From Octopus vulgaris (Eukaryota), in assembly GCA_951406725.2 (NCBI GenBank), contig OX597816.1, positions 167,090,001-167,154,000 on the forward strand: a DNA stretch of 64,000 nucleotides, in the 5' to 3' direction. A model generated the notes under the pieces. That model worked only from the letters and a program-made list of their open reading frames with translations, made no database searches and was not told where the DNA came from. Position 1 is the stretch's first letter. Every line of letters starts with the position of its first letter. The translations under genes and the position numbers were made by a program. Of this stretch, positions 1 to 14,138 are shown piece after piece.

Positions 1-904
1 TCATTTGATATAACATTATGTCTATGTCCAGCCCATAGCTTCCCTTCTAAGTAAGGCCTTTATGGACAATATAATGTGTGTGTGTGTGTGTGCATGTACA
101 CACATGTATTCTTGCCTGGACATCATGTAGTAGTTGTAAAGGAGCATTACCATCATACAGGTGTTGTCTCTAGTTTTCCATAGAAAACATGTCTGGTCAT
201 AGGGAAATATTACCTTGCTTGGAAGCAGGTGAGGGTTAGCAACAAGAAGGGCATCAAGCCATAGGAAATGTGCTCCAGTAAATGGTTGGATGGTTCGACT
301 GGGGTCTGGGAAGCCAGGAGGCTGCACTAGGCTCCTGTCTGATCTGGCAGTGCTTCTACAGCTGGATGCCCTTCTTAACGCAAACCACTCCGTGAGTGTA
401 GTGGGTGCTTTTTACGTCCCATGCAAATATGGAAAACTGTTTGTTAAGTAATGAAGACGATGATAATGAACTTTTCCAGTTGGTTCTTTGTTTTGATACA
501 AATGCACAGCATTTTATGGCAGAGTCATTGATTTTAACTTATTTTCATAAAATATACTGACATCAAAATACTGTATTACATTTGAGGAAGGTTTATTAAA
601 GAAATTATTCAGTTTTAACTCTGACATTTCATTGAAAACCACTGACAATTTTGGCAGTTACATAGGACTTTGAAGAAATTGTAATATGATAAAATGATGC
701 ATATTGTTAAGGTCATTGTTGATGATTGCCAAAATTTGAAGTGTTAGTTGAAAGGTATATAGTTTAATGTGTGTGTGTGTGATTTAAACAAAAAACGACT
801 GAGTTGTTTGTGGAAAGAGAAATTATTCAGGAAGTAACATGAATGTCTGTCTACATATATATATATACATGGTCTGATCAATAAGTATTCAGACTGTTGG
901 TGTA

Positions 905-1645
905 GTAACGAAGCTAAAGTACAGAGAGTGAAGCCCCTTGGCACAGATTGACCTTGAACTCTGCTGTGCATACACACTAAGTTTTAATGTTCTAGATCAC
1001 TTCTGCTATTTACAGCAGTGCTAGGAAGGAAGGTGTGTAGTGTGTGATTGTCGTATTGATCATGACAGAGAAAGTTGAGCAGAGAATCTGCATCAAATTT
1101 TGCCAAAAGCTTGGCAATACCTGCTCAGAGGCCTATGCAAAGTTTTCAAAAAGTTTTTATCATTCTTGACACAATCAAGGAGCTCTTGTGCAATTGAAAC
1201 CCAAGTGTCCTTTTGGTCAGCTGAAAACAGTTTTGGCACAAACTTGGCCGACATGCGTCTCATACCCAAATCTTCAGTGATTATAGACTGAACTAAACTG
1301 TAAGTAATCTGCACAGCCTCTGATAACTCATGGATGGTAATTTGACAATTTCGCCTCACAGCTGGACACACATCTGCCATATCTTTCTCAGTTCTGCTAG
1401 TTACGGGTCTCCCAGAATGTTTGTCATTATCGACATTTTTTTCAGCCATCTTGGAAATGTCTGAACCACTCATACTCCCCTCCATACACTTTCTGCAGCT
1501 TTGCGCAGGCCTCTGAGCAGGTATTACCATGACAATTTCTCTGTCATGGTTAATGCAATGATCATACACTACACACCTTCCTGCCAAGCACTGCTGTAAA
1601 CAGTGGAAGTGAGCTAGAATATTAAAACTTAGTGCACATGCACTG
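905..1645. mobile_element. Mariner (Tc1/mariner) derivative with inverted arms and transposase N-terminal fragments on both strands
   Basis: + strand 1062: MTEKVEQRICIKFCQKLGNTCSEAYAK. - strand 1145-1500: DNDKHSGRPVTSRT...ITIHELSEAVQITYSLVQSIITEDLGMRRMSAKFVPKLFSADQK (mariner HTH plus the WVPxxL-type linker). Arms 964-1144 and 1497-1645 are reverse complements. Confidence 0.85.
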
Positions 1646-2591
1646 TAACTTAGTGGTTTGGCAAAAGAGACTGATAGAATAAGTACTAGGTTTACAAAGA
1701 ATAAGTCCTGGGAATCGATTTGTTTGACTAAAGGCGGTGCTCCAGCATGACCACAGTCAAATGACTGAAACAAGAAAAAGAATAAAAGCATATACATGTG
1801 TGTGTGTGTGTGTGTGTGCGTGTGTGTGTGTTTATGTGTGTGGTTGTATGTATCATTGTCTAGATGTCACATGATGGTTGTGATTGAGAATTATCTTCAT
1901 CATACAAGTGAGGCTGTTTGTTTCCTTGTCTACTGTGAAAAACATGTCCAGCTTGGAAACAGGTGAAGGTTTGCAACAGGAAGGGCATCCAGTTGTAGAA
2001 AATCTGCCTCAACAAATTCTGTCTGGAAAAATAGACATTGAATTATGATGATGATGATGATGATGATGATATGTGCCAAAAGTTATCCACCACAAAATAG
2101 CCAAGATATATTAAAAATATATAAAAATAACATTTGTAGCAAAGCAAAAATATAGAATTTTATATTTTAATTAAATCTTATGACTCTATAAACTGAACTC
2201 TTCCTTCTCAAAATTGAAATTTTACAACCCCCTGCTGGAACCTAGTGTCCACATTTTCCTACCCAAGGGTTTAAGATTAACATCAACCATATCGATCTCA
2301 GCAGCTGGAGAGAGCTTGTAACTGTTATGGACACTACCTTCCCCTCTTCTCCAGTTCAATTTTGCTATAAAAAATGATTTAAATACTAAATACATACATA
2401 AGTACTCTGTTCAGTTTTAACTGACTGACCTTCTTAAATTGTATATGTTTGTGAAATCATGCTGCTAAAACCAAATCCACCAGGTTATTTTTCTAAATCC
2501 AAACCAATAAATCTTGTGATGTTGTCAACCAACCCACCTACCATATGGTTTCCAGATGATATTTATTTTAATCACCCCCACCTTACTCTAG

Positions 2592-2632
2592 AAATATTAG
2601 TCAGATGAGAAGAGAAAAAAAAGAGCTGAAAG
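2592..2632 (+). CDS. Candidate short exon of an unidentified + strand gene (MRREKKELK, phase-1 donor)
   Basis: ccttactctag| acceptor-like site, ATG at 2605, strong donor AAG|gtaaga. No homology evidence. Confidence 0.3.
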
Positions 2633-3049
2633 GTAAGATTATGTTAATTTGTACAGAATTGTTGATATGACGAGAAGAGAAAGGGAGACGTGAGTTATTT
2701 ATGATGTTTCTCTGGTAAAAGAAATAAAGCATGTCACAACCATATTATTACATGTGTGGAATATATTACGGATCAGTTACAGAACTTCATATGTATTAAT
2801 AATGCTAGTTGAATTACAGAACCCTAGAGCTAGACTAAGAAAGGATTATATATACAAGCATGGGTGTGTAGTTTAGAAGTTCACTTCCCTCAACTCCCGA
2901 CCATAAAGTTCAGGTTTGAACCAGTTGTACTGCATCTTAGGCAAGTGTCTCTTTTTTAACAGACAGAGCTTTGTGAATGGATTTGGTAGACGAAAACTGA
3001 AAGAAGCCAGTTTCATACATATGTGTACTGTGCTGGGTTAACCATTAAG

Positions 3050-3552
3050 CAAAATAAGCATGTGCTTAGGGCATCGAGGGAATGGAATTGCCACCGGAAT
3101 GGCTGAAACTCCGACGTCTGGCAGCTGACTTGGCAGACACCCATAAAATTATCAACCATCTTACAAACAATAACTCTGAGCACCTTTTCAAACTCCATCT
3201 GTCTAACACCTGTGGACATATTTACAAAGTCAGAAAACAGCACAGCTCCCATGATTTTCGGAAACATTTTTTCACACTAAGAGTTGCTGAAGTATGGAAC
3301 AAACTGCCGGCATCAGTTGTTAGTTGTCTGAGCACTGCATCCTTCAAAACTTCCATGCTTTCTGAGATTCGCCAACACTACACCTGAGTTTCTCCCCTCC
3401 ATACACACTCAAGCATGTATCTGACTCATACACTGTTCACTTTCCAGACATTTGTACATTACTGCATATTTGTACATTACTGCATATGCTTTATACACAC
3501 TTTTGACAAGTTGTGGTGCACCTGAGCACTATATACAATAATTTCATTATTC
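3050..3552 (+). mobile_element. CR1/L2-group LINE 3' end (RT C-terminus and 3'UTR)
   Basis: LKLRRLAADLADTHKII...TCGHIYKVRK...RKHFFTLRVAEVWNKLP..VV....FK is the typical CR1-group ORF2 C-terminal motif series. Confidence 0.85.
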
Positions 3553-3716
3553 ATATTCAAATCACTTGAAACTTGCTAAAATAATATTAGATGTATACAT
3601 ACTGCATATGCTTTATACACACTTTTGACAAGTTGTGGTGCACCTGAGCACTATATACAATAATTTCATTATTCATATTCAAATCACTTGAAACTTGCTA
3701 AAATAATATTAGATGT
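3479..3716. repeat. Tandem duplication, 122-nt period
   Basis: 3479-3594 repeated identically at 3601-3716. Confidence 0.9.
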
Positions 3717-3941
3717 GGTTTATACGATCAGAAATATATTTCAAAGTGTTCATGGTCTCATAATGAGCATTTGATCAAATTACTTTGCAATTAAATAAAG
3801 TAGGAGAGAAAATTTCAAATATGAATAAAGTGGAAGTATACAAAAATAATCATTATTTTCCATTTTTCTTTTAGTCTTGTTTCATTTTGAAAAATAAAAA
3901 TTTATTTTATGGTTTATTATTGTTTGTATTTTGAATTACAT

Positions 3942-4938
<997 letters not shown>

Positions 4939-4939
4939 G

Positions 4940-5825
<886 letters not shown>

Positions 5826-6600
5826 GCCCTCGTGCCAGTGGCATATAAAAGCACCCACTACACTCTCGGAGTGATTGGCTTTAGGAAGGGCATCCAGCTG
5901 TAGAAACTTTGCCAGATCAGATTGGAGACTGGTGCAGTCTTCTGGCTCGCCAGCCCTCAGTCAAACCGTCCAACCCATGACAGCATGGAAAGCAAACGTT
6001 AAACGATGATGATGATGACACACATTAGTGTACACGTGTTCCCCCCCCACTTGACAACCAGTGTTGGTGTGTTTACATCCCTGTAACTCAGCAGTTTGGC
6101 AAAAGACACTGATATAATAAGTACCTGGCTTAAAATAGAAGCATTGAGGTCGATTCATTTGACTGAAAATTCTTCAAAGTGGTGCCCCAGCATAGCGGCA
6201 GACCGGTGACTGAGCCAAGTAAAAAAGTCAGGGATATCTCTGGAATACTCAACCACTTCACATGTGAAGTGTATTAGGTGATCATTCAGTTGATTTAAAC
6301 ACTTAGATGTGGAAATTGATATGAGAGTCTATCAGCATACATGTGAGTGTGTGTGTGTGTGTGTATGTGTGTGTGTGTGTGTACATATATAACTTATTTT
6401 AGTCATTAGACTGTGCCCATGCTGTAGCACTGCTTTGAAGCATTTTGGTTAAATGAATCGATCCCAGTACTTTTAAAACCTGATACTTATATTATTGGTG
6501 TGCTTTGCTGAACTGTTAAGGGGACATAAATATACCAACACCGGTTGTCAAGCATTGGGGAACTGGGACTAACACAGACACAAAAGCACATACGTGTGTA

Positions 6601-6639
<39 letters not shown>

Positions 6640-7081
6640 TCATCATCGCTTAATGTCCATCTTCTATACATGCACGAGTAAGACGGTTGACAGGAGCTGG
6701 ACAAGTAGAAAAACTACCCTAGGCTACTGTGTCTGTTTTGGCAGGGATTTTATGGCTGGATGCCCTTCCTGACACCAACCACTCTGCAGTGTGGACTCAG
6801 CGCTTTTTACCTAGCACAGGTGAAGTTAGTTTTGGCAAGATTTTTACAGCTGGATGTCCTTCCAGATGCCAACCACGTAACAGTGTGGACTGGATACCTT
6901 TAAAGTGGTACCTCAATGCTTATATATATATATAAAGACACATATGCACATATGACAGATTTCTTTCAATTTCTGTTTACCAAATTCACTCACCAGGTTT
7001 TGATCAGCCCAAGGCACTTGCCCGAGGTACCACACAGTGGGACTGAACTCAGAACCTTGTGGTTCAGAAAGCCACACCTGC

Positions 7082-7152
<71 letters not shown>

Positions 7153-7153
7153 A

Positions 7154-7199
<46 letters not shown>

Positions 7200-7371
7200 C
7201 TATTTGATATATATATAATTTAATATAATATATATATATCATCATTATCATCATCATTGTCATCGTTTAACGTCCGCTTTCCATGCTAGCATGGGTTGGA
7301 CGATTTGACTGAGGACTGGCGAACCAGATGGCTGCACCAGGGTCCAATCTGATTTGGCAGATTTTCTACAG

Positions 7372-7415
<44 letters not shown>

Positions 7416-8001
7416 GGTTTGTGGAAAATAAAAATACATGATGCAATCATAATATTTAAAAAAATATTTTTTTATTAAGTTATTAACTATTTCAAAAAAA
7501 TATTTAGAGTACAAAATATCACCAACCTTTGGAGAAATTTCTGCATAGTGTGTATTTTGTGTGTAAGGGCTTTCATTGTTAAAACAGGCCCAGAACACTT
7601 GTTTAAAAAGTTTAACAATGACAGGAGCAGATATGCTAAATACACACTATACGTAAACCACTTCCCCAAAGATTGGTGATATTCTATACTCTAAATAATT
7701 TTTTTTTAAATAGTTAATAACTTTAAAAGAAATCTTTCTTCAAACACACATAAACATCTGTGCATGTGTGTGTGTGTGTGTGTGTGTGTTTAATACAAGC
7801 CTGCTTGCATGCATGCATGTGTACTCTGTCTGTCAAATCCACTCATAAGGCTTTTGTCTGTCCACAGATATAGTAGAAGACACTTGCCCAAGGTGCCATG
7901 CAGTAGGACTGAACCCAAGACCACGTGGTTGGGAAGCAAACATCATAACCACATTGCCATGCCTGCACCTATATCTATATGTAACAGGTATATATGTTAC
8001 T

Positions 8002-8370
8002 GTGGAGGTGCAATGGCCCAATGGTTAGGGCAGTGGACTCATGGTTGTAGGATCGCGGTTTCAATTCTCAGACTGGGTGTTGAGTGTTTACTGAGTGAAA
8101 ACACCCAAAACCCATCAAGGCTCCGGTAGGAGGTGGTGGCAACCCTGCTGTACTCTTTCACCACAACTTTCTCTCACTCTTTCTTCCTGTTTCTGCTGTA
8201 CCTGTATTTGAAAGGGGCCAGCCTTGTCACACTCTGTCACACTGAATCTCCTCGAGAACTACATTAAGGGTACACGTGTCTGCGGAGTGCTCAGCCACTT
8301 TCACATTAATTTCACGAGCAGGCTGTTCCGTTGATCAGATCAACTGGAATCCTCATCATCATAACCGAAT
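8002..8370 (+). mobile_element. tRNA-derived SINE (octopus OR-type head)
   Basis: A box tggcccaatggttagg and B-box-like gtttcaattc. The body is shared with copies at 12218 and 15668; the tail is shared with 44890-45060. Confidence 0.8.
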
Positions 8371-8502
8371 ATGTTACTGATAGATGCAACAGATGCTGTG
8401 GTTACTAGTATTGAGAGCTGATTAGTTAAAGTATCATGGGACAATGTGATATGCAGCAAATGAATCAATAGAAGCAAAGAAGTAAATTCTTACTACGAAA
8501 GA

Positions 8503-8917
8503 TGGCGAGCTGGCAGAGACGTTAGCACGCCGGGCGAAATACTTAGCGGTATTTCATCTGCCACTATGTTCTGAGTTCAAATTCCGCCAAGGTCTACTTT
8601 GCCTTTCATCCTTTCGGGGTCGATAAATTAAGGACCAGTTACGCATTGGGGTTGATATAATCAACTTAATCCATTTGTCTGTCCTTGTTTGTCCTCTTTG
8701 TGTTTAGCCCTTTGTGGGTAGTAAAGAAATGGGTATTTCGTTTGCCATTACGTTCTGAGTTCAAATTCTGCTTAGGTCGACTTTGGCTGTCATCCTTTCG
8801 GGGTCGATAAATTAAGTACCAGTTACACACTGGAGTCAATATAATCGACTTAATCCCTTTTTCTGTCCTTGTTTGTTCCATCTATGTTTAGCCCCTTGTG
8901 GACAATTAAGATATAAG
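8503..8917 (+). mobile_element. tRNA-derived SINE with Nin/Deu-type core, 1.7 tandem copies
   Basis: ggcgagctggcagagacgttag head, gagttcaaattc B box, core gcctttcatcctttcggggtcgataaattaagtacc. More decayed copies at 9232-9445, 10043-10220 and 10243-10455. Confidence 0.8.
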
Positions 8918-10799
8918 AAGTAAATTCTCACAGACTTCATTTATTTTTCACAATGTGACACACAAGAGACAGCATAGAGAGGCTGTAGTTGTTGACTGTT
9001 TTACGGTGTAAGAGATTGAGGGTAATGACTTGCACAACTTTTCACTGGAATCCAATCCCTTTCCCTCACGAGATATTGACCAACACAAGCCCAAACTCAC
9101 ATGACAGTCACATTTCAACAGCCCAGCGAGATCCTCAAATGTCATGGCCACTCTACTTGTATTTCCTTTAGACACCTATAAATTTTAATTCAGTCTTCAG
9201 CTATATATAAATACTTATTAGTTAATGGAAAAGGCGGCAAAAAGCTGGCAGAATTGTTAGCATACCAGGCAAAAAAGTGATATTTCATCCCTCTTTGTGT
9301 TCTGATATCAAATTCTGCTGAGGTTGATGTTGTTTTTCATCCTTTCCAGGTGGATAAATTAAGTACCAGTTGCATACTGGGGTTGATGTAATCGACTTAA
9401 ACCCTCCCCCGAGCTTCCTGGCCTTGTGCCAAAATTCAAAGCAGTTATTATTATTATTATTGAGTGAGAGAACAATGCATGCCATCAAAATGACACCTGG
9501 GTACAAATATACAAAGTCCAATATACCCATCATGACTACGTGTCTGATAAGAGTACATCAGGCACATGAATCACAACCATATGTGCATGATAAACAAGTG
9601 CATGACCTTGTAGGTGGGGCCTAGTTGAAATTTTCTTCAGGTTGAGTAGCCCATCCCACTCAAAAGGTCCCTGAATAAGGGTTGTTTAAGGATGCTGAAC
9701 AAAACATCCATGTTTCTCGATATGTATTATTCAAGCTCCAAAGAATTCTTCTTAATACATGGCTATGGTACTCCCCTAGTATTTCTGCTCGTGATGAGAG
9801 ATGCACATATTGTTATATCTTTTAATGTTGTGGTGCGTTTCCCTTTGATCGATATAAATCCCACCTGTTTCGTGTGTTGTATCTTGTTCTTTGATATTAT
9901 CCTCCATGACTTGATATCTTCTCCATTGATATTATCTTCCATGACTTGGGCCCTTGTACCAATAAAAGAAATTGTTGTTGTCATCGTCATCGGCGTCAGC
10001 GTTGGCATCGGTGTAAGTAAGTGTCGTCATTATTATTATTAAGGTGGCGAGCAAAATGCTAAGCATCTTTACAAAATGCTTTACAAGATGCTGCTAAGCA
10101 TTTTGCCCATCTTTACATTCTGTGTTCAAATTCCGCCGAGGTTGACTTTACCTTTCATATAATTGACTTGCCTCTTCCTCCAAAATTTCAGGCCTTGTGC
10201 CTTTAGTAGAAAAGACTATTATTATTATTAACATTTTTGAAGTAGTGAGCTAGCAGAACCATTAGCACACCAGGCAAAGAGCTTGGTAGCATTTTATTTG
10301 TCTTCATGCTCTGAGTTCAAATATCACTGAGGTTGACTTTGCATTTCATCATTTTGGGGTCGATAAGATAGGTACCAGTTACGCACTGGAGATCAATGTA
10401 ATTGGCTTATCCCCTCCCCCAAAATTGCTGGCCTTGCGCCAAAATTTGAAACCAATTAAGGGAAAATAGAAACTCTTGTTTGTATGAATAAATCCACATT
10501 TATCTTCTTATATTCTCTGAAATAGTTAACTGCCTTTTTGTTTTGTTTTTTTTATCCCTTCACCCTTTTCTTTTTTTCCCTCTCTGATATTGTTATCGAC
10601 ACCATATGCTATGTTATTCTGTGGAATGTTTTAACTATTTCATGGTATATGTTTACATATCTGATGAACCATGCAAAAAAAAAAAAAAAGAAAAAAAGGA
10701 ACTCGGAAGCATAAAGAGTTGATTATAAAAACGAAAGACATTCAGAAAGCAATAACAACAACAATAACAACAACACTGCTTAAATTTTTACACTTTCTC

Positions 10800-10859
<60 letters not shown>

Positions 10860-10954
10860 ATGACTGTATGTACATGTTTGTGTCTATGTATGTATAGTGC
10901 TTTGTAATTTTAAGGAGAAAATGCTTAGTCATATTGAAAACAGTATTGTGTGTA

Positions 10955-11017
<63 letters not shown>

Positions 11018-11080
11018 GTATATATATATATATACATATATATATATGTATATATGCACACACACACAAGCATGCATATA

Positions 11081-11116
<36 letters not shown>

Positions 11117-11751
11117 TATATATATGGATGATGTGCCCTGTTGTGTTGTGCTAGTCATCGTTACTGCTGGTGTCACTATGAAAGTACTGCTGTTGTTGTT
11201 GTGTGCGGGATAGCAGTAGTACTATTCGAACAAATATTTAGGGCGTGACAACCTTGAAATATTGCTCTGTATGTGCATGTGTGTGTGTGTGTGCATGCGT
11301 GTGTGCGATTGCTTATTTGCATTTGATGAGTTGGCAGTTATCAATAGGAAGCCACAGCCAATTCTACTCAGCAAAAAGAAAAGAAAGCTGCTTAGATTGT
11401 CCATGTTGGAAGTCAGTTCTTCCGAACATATGGCTTCTCTTCCTGCTTATCCTTCTTCCCCGCCTCTTGTTTGTTTCCTCTTTCATATTTTTATGATTCT
11501 TCACAGTTTGATGTATGAAAATTTGACTGTTTGCTTGAACTGTGTTGGCACTGATGTTGAAGAGTCGTAATTCCGCATGGGAATGGACTTGAACTGTGAC
11601 AACCAGCCCAACCCATGCCAGCATGAAAAGCAGATGGTGATGATGAAATGACTCAAAACAACACGGGTCAACAACAAATATTAAATTAATATACACTCTA
11701 GAAACAGTACAAGAAATGTCTGCATCACCATCATTTAATGTCCATCGCCTT

Positions 11752-12025
11752 GACTGGCTTCCGTGCCGGTGGCACGTAAAATGCACCATTCTGACCGTGG
11801 CCGTTGCCAGCCTCGCTTGGCACCTGTGCAGGTGGCACGTACAAAGCACCCACTACACTCACGGAGTGGTTGGCGTTAGGAAGGGCATCCAGCTGTAGAA
11901 ACACTGCCAGATCAGACTGGAACCTGGTGCAGCCTTCTGGCTTCCCAGATCCCCGGTCGAACCGTCCAACCCATGCTAGCATGGAGAACGGACGTTAAAC
12001 GATGATGATGATGATGATGATGATG
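11752..12025 (+). mobile_element. RTE-LINE 3'UTR-type interspersed repeat with (GAT)n tail (young copy; about 20 copies in the window)
   Basis: gttaggaagggcatccagctgtagaaac...cccatgctagcatgg...gacgttaaacgatgatgat, nearly identical to 51450-51612. Other copies include 5675-6016, 21835-22133, 24896-25080(-), 44272-44588, 48880-49355(-), 53855-54146 and 57765-58000(-). Confidence 0.85.
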
Positions 12026-12211
12026 TTGCATGCTGGCAAGGGCTGGAGAGCTTGAACAAGATCTGATGGGTCTAAGGACTGCATTGTGGTCCAGTGTTTG
12101 CTTTGACATGGTTTCTATGGCTGGATACCCTTCCTAATGCTAATCACTTTACAGTGTGTACCATGTGCTTATTTCATGTAATCAACACCAGTCTCATTGC
12201 CATGCAGCTTG

Positions 12212-12530
12212 TGTGCATGGAGGTGCATGGCCTAGTGGTTAGAGCAGCAGACTCGCGGTCGAGGGATCGCGGGTTCGAATCTCAGACCGGGCAATGTGTG
12301 TGTTTATGAGTGAAACACCTAAACTCTATGCAGCTCTGGCAGAAGGTAATGGCGAACTTCTGCTGACTCTTTCACCACAACTTTCTCTCACTCTTTCCTC
12401 CTGTATCTTGCAGCTCACCTGTGATGGACCGGCGTCCCGTGCAGGTGGGGAACCTATACGCCAAGGATACTGGGAAACTGGCCCTTGTGAGCCAGGCATG
12501 GCTCGAGAAGGAACAAAAAAAAAAAAACAA
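12212..12530 (+). mobile_element. tRNA-derived SINE with A-rich tail and 8-bp TSD
   Basis: A box tggcctagtggttaga, B box ggttcgaatc, poly(A) at 12515-27. gcagcttg repeated at 12204-12211 and 12531-12538. Confidence 0.85.
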
Positions 12531-13129
12531 GCAGCTTGCAAGATTATGACTGCAAAGAGAGCAGATTTATGCTTGATGAGGGGCCAGAGCAGAACAGATT
12601 TCTTACTGTAAAGGAGCTACATGGTTGTTAATGTTTTGGAAGAGAGGGTGGGAAGGATCAGGTGAAGTAAAAGTACATTATAAATGTCATACACATCATT
12701 GTTTTTATCCAATACTCTTCCAGTTGTGTATATTGATTTAATTGTAGCCTGGCTGTCTTTCACATAACTTAATGAATGCCTTATTTATTTATTTCTGTTC
12801 CAGAACAAATATATTTTTGGCTTAACTTAAATCAGAATGTCCAGGGGTGTTTGTCACTGAGGGGACAAAATGAGGTCAAAACATTTGTGTCGGAGGGTCC
12901 ACTGACGAAATTCTGACTGAGCTTTGTGATTTTTAATGCACAAATCTCTTTCAGAGGTTTCTCTAAGATAAAATATCACAGCTGATGCTGTTCTATGTTT
13001 ATGTATACATTATAAATCTAATACACATTGTTATTATAATGGAAAAATATTGATTTTTTTCTCTCTACATAACACTTCTAATTCTTCCATTTAATGTCAG
13101 CCTATTTGACATTTGAGGCTTATTTGAAA

Positions 13130-13455
13130 AAAAAATAGAACTCGGAAGCATAAAGAGTTGATTATAAAAACGAAAGACATTCAGAAAGCACCATGTTGCA
13201 TGCTGGCAAGGGCTGGAGAGCTTGAACAAGATCTGATGGGTCTAAGGACTGCATTGTGCTCCAGTGTTTGCTTTGACATGGTTTCTATGGCTGGATACCC
13301 TTCCTAATGCTAATCACTTTACAGTGTATACCATGTGCTTATTTCATGTAATCAACACCAGTCTCATTGCCATGCAGCTTGTGTGCATGGAGGCGCATGA
13401 CCTAGTAGTTAGAGCAGCGGACTCACGGTCGAGGGATTGCGGGTTCGAATCTCAG
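13130..13455 (+). repeat. Composite local duplication of ~10699-10751 joined to 12024-12285
   Basis: gaactcggaagcataaagag...cagaaagca is identical to the 10.7 kb copy. The next ~260 nt are near-identical to 12024-12285. Confidence 0.9.
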
Positions 13456-13799
13456 AAGACACATGCCCAAGGTGCCATGCAGTGGGACTGAACCTGGAAA
13501 CATGTGGTTGGGAAGCAACCATGCCTGCGCCTACATGACGAAGTTTATAAAACAGCTGTAAGCCTAAGGATGACAAGAGATTAAATAAATATATTCACCT
13601 CTCATACCTCCTGATTTTTTGTGGTTTTATGGTTTATACACTCCTCATAAAATAATCTCATTGATTGGATCTCCTGGATTTCAGCTACATGGAACTCTGC
13701 ATTAAATTCCTCTGTATTGCATTATTATGTGGTCTGCTAATGAAGGCAGCAAGAGGAGCTTTCTGTGACAGTCACACAATTCTATGAGTCCTTATATTC

Positions 13800-14138
13800 T
13801 GAGACCCCCTTCGGTCACGACACAGACACTGGGATTGAACCTAGAAAGTAACCCTCCCAGGCACAAGTCCGGGCAAGGTTGTTTATGGAAGACCAGCAGT
13901 CGCCCATGCATACTGGCCTCCTCTCTCCATGCCACCAGTGTTATCCAAGGGAAAGGCAAAGGCCGATACAGCTTGGCACCTGTGACGTTTCAACTCATTT
14001 CTACAGCTGAGTGAACTGGAGCAACGTGAAATAAAGTGTTTTGCTCAAGAACACAACACGCAGCCCAGTCCAGGATTCGAGCTCACAACCTCATGATCAT
14101 AAGCTCGGCGCTCTAACCACTGTGCCATGTGCCTTCAC
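13800..14138 (-). mobile_element. tRNA-derived SINE with CORE/V-like body and RTE-like tail
   Basis: The reverse complement starts gtgaaggcacatggcacagtggttagag...gctcgaatcc, then gttgtgttcttgagcaaaacacttta. Confidence 0.75.

Noticed and set aside
1093-1797. 234-aa ORF as a gene
   Set aside because: A chimera of SINE sequence, mariner arm and a transposase fragment; no catalytic domain.
8002-8075. tRNA gene (also 12218-12290, 15668-15742, 14065-14138)
   Set aside because: These are tRNA-like SINE heads continuing into SINE bodies, without a proper acceptor stem or terminator.
10655-10720. CTGATGA...ctcGGAA hammerhead-like motif
   Set aside because: Stem II is replaced by poly(A), the second box is mutated and the stems do not pair.
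12804-12960. Strong acceptor at 12803 plus a tcagaat/attctga-bounded stem with hammerhead-like CTGAGGG...AAAAC
   Set aside because: Two core mismatches and no stem I. All frames close within ~36 codons and there is no clear donor. It may be a UTR exon but this is unsupported.
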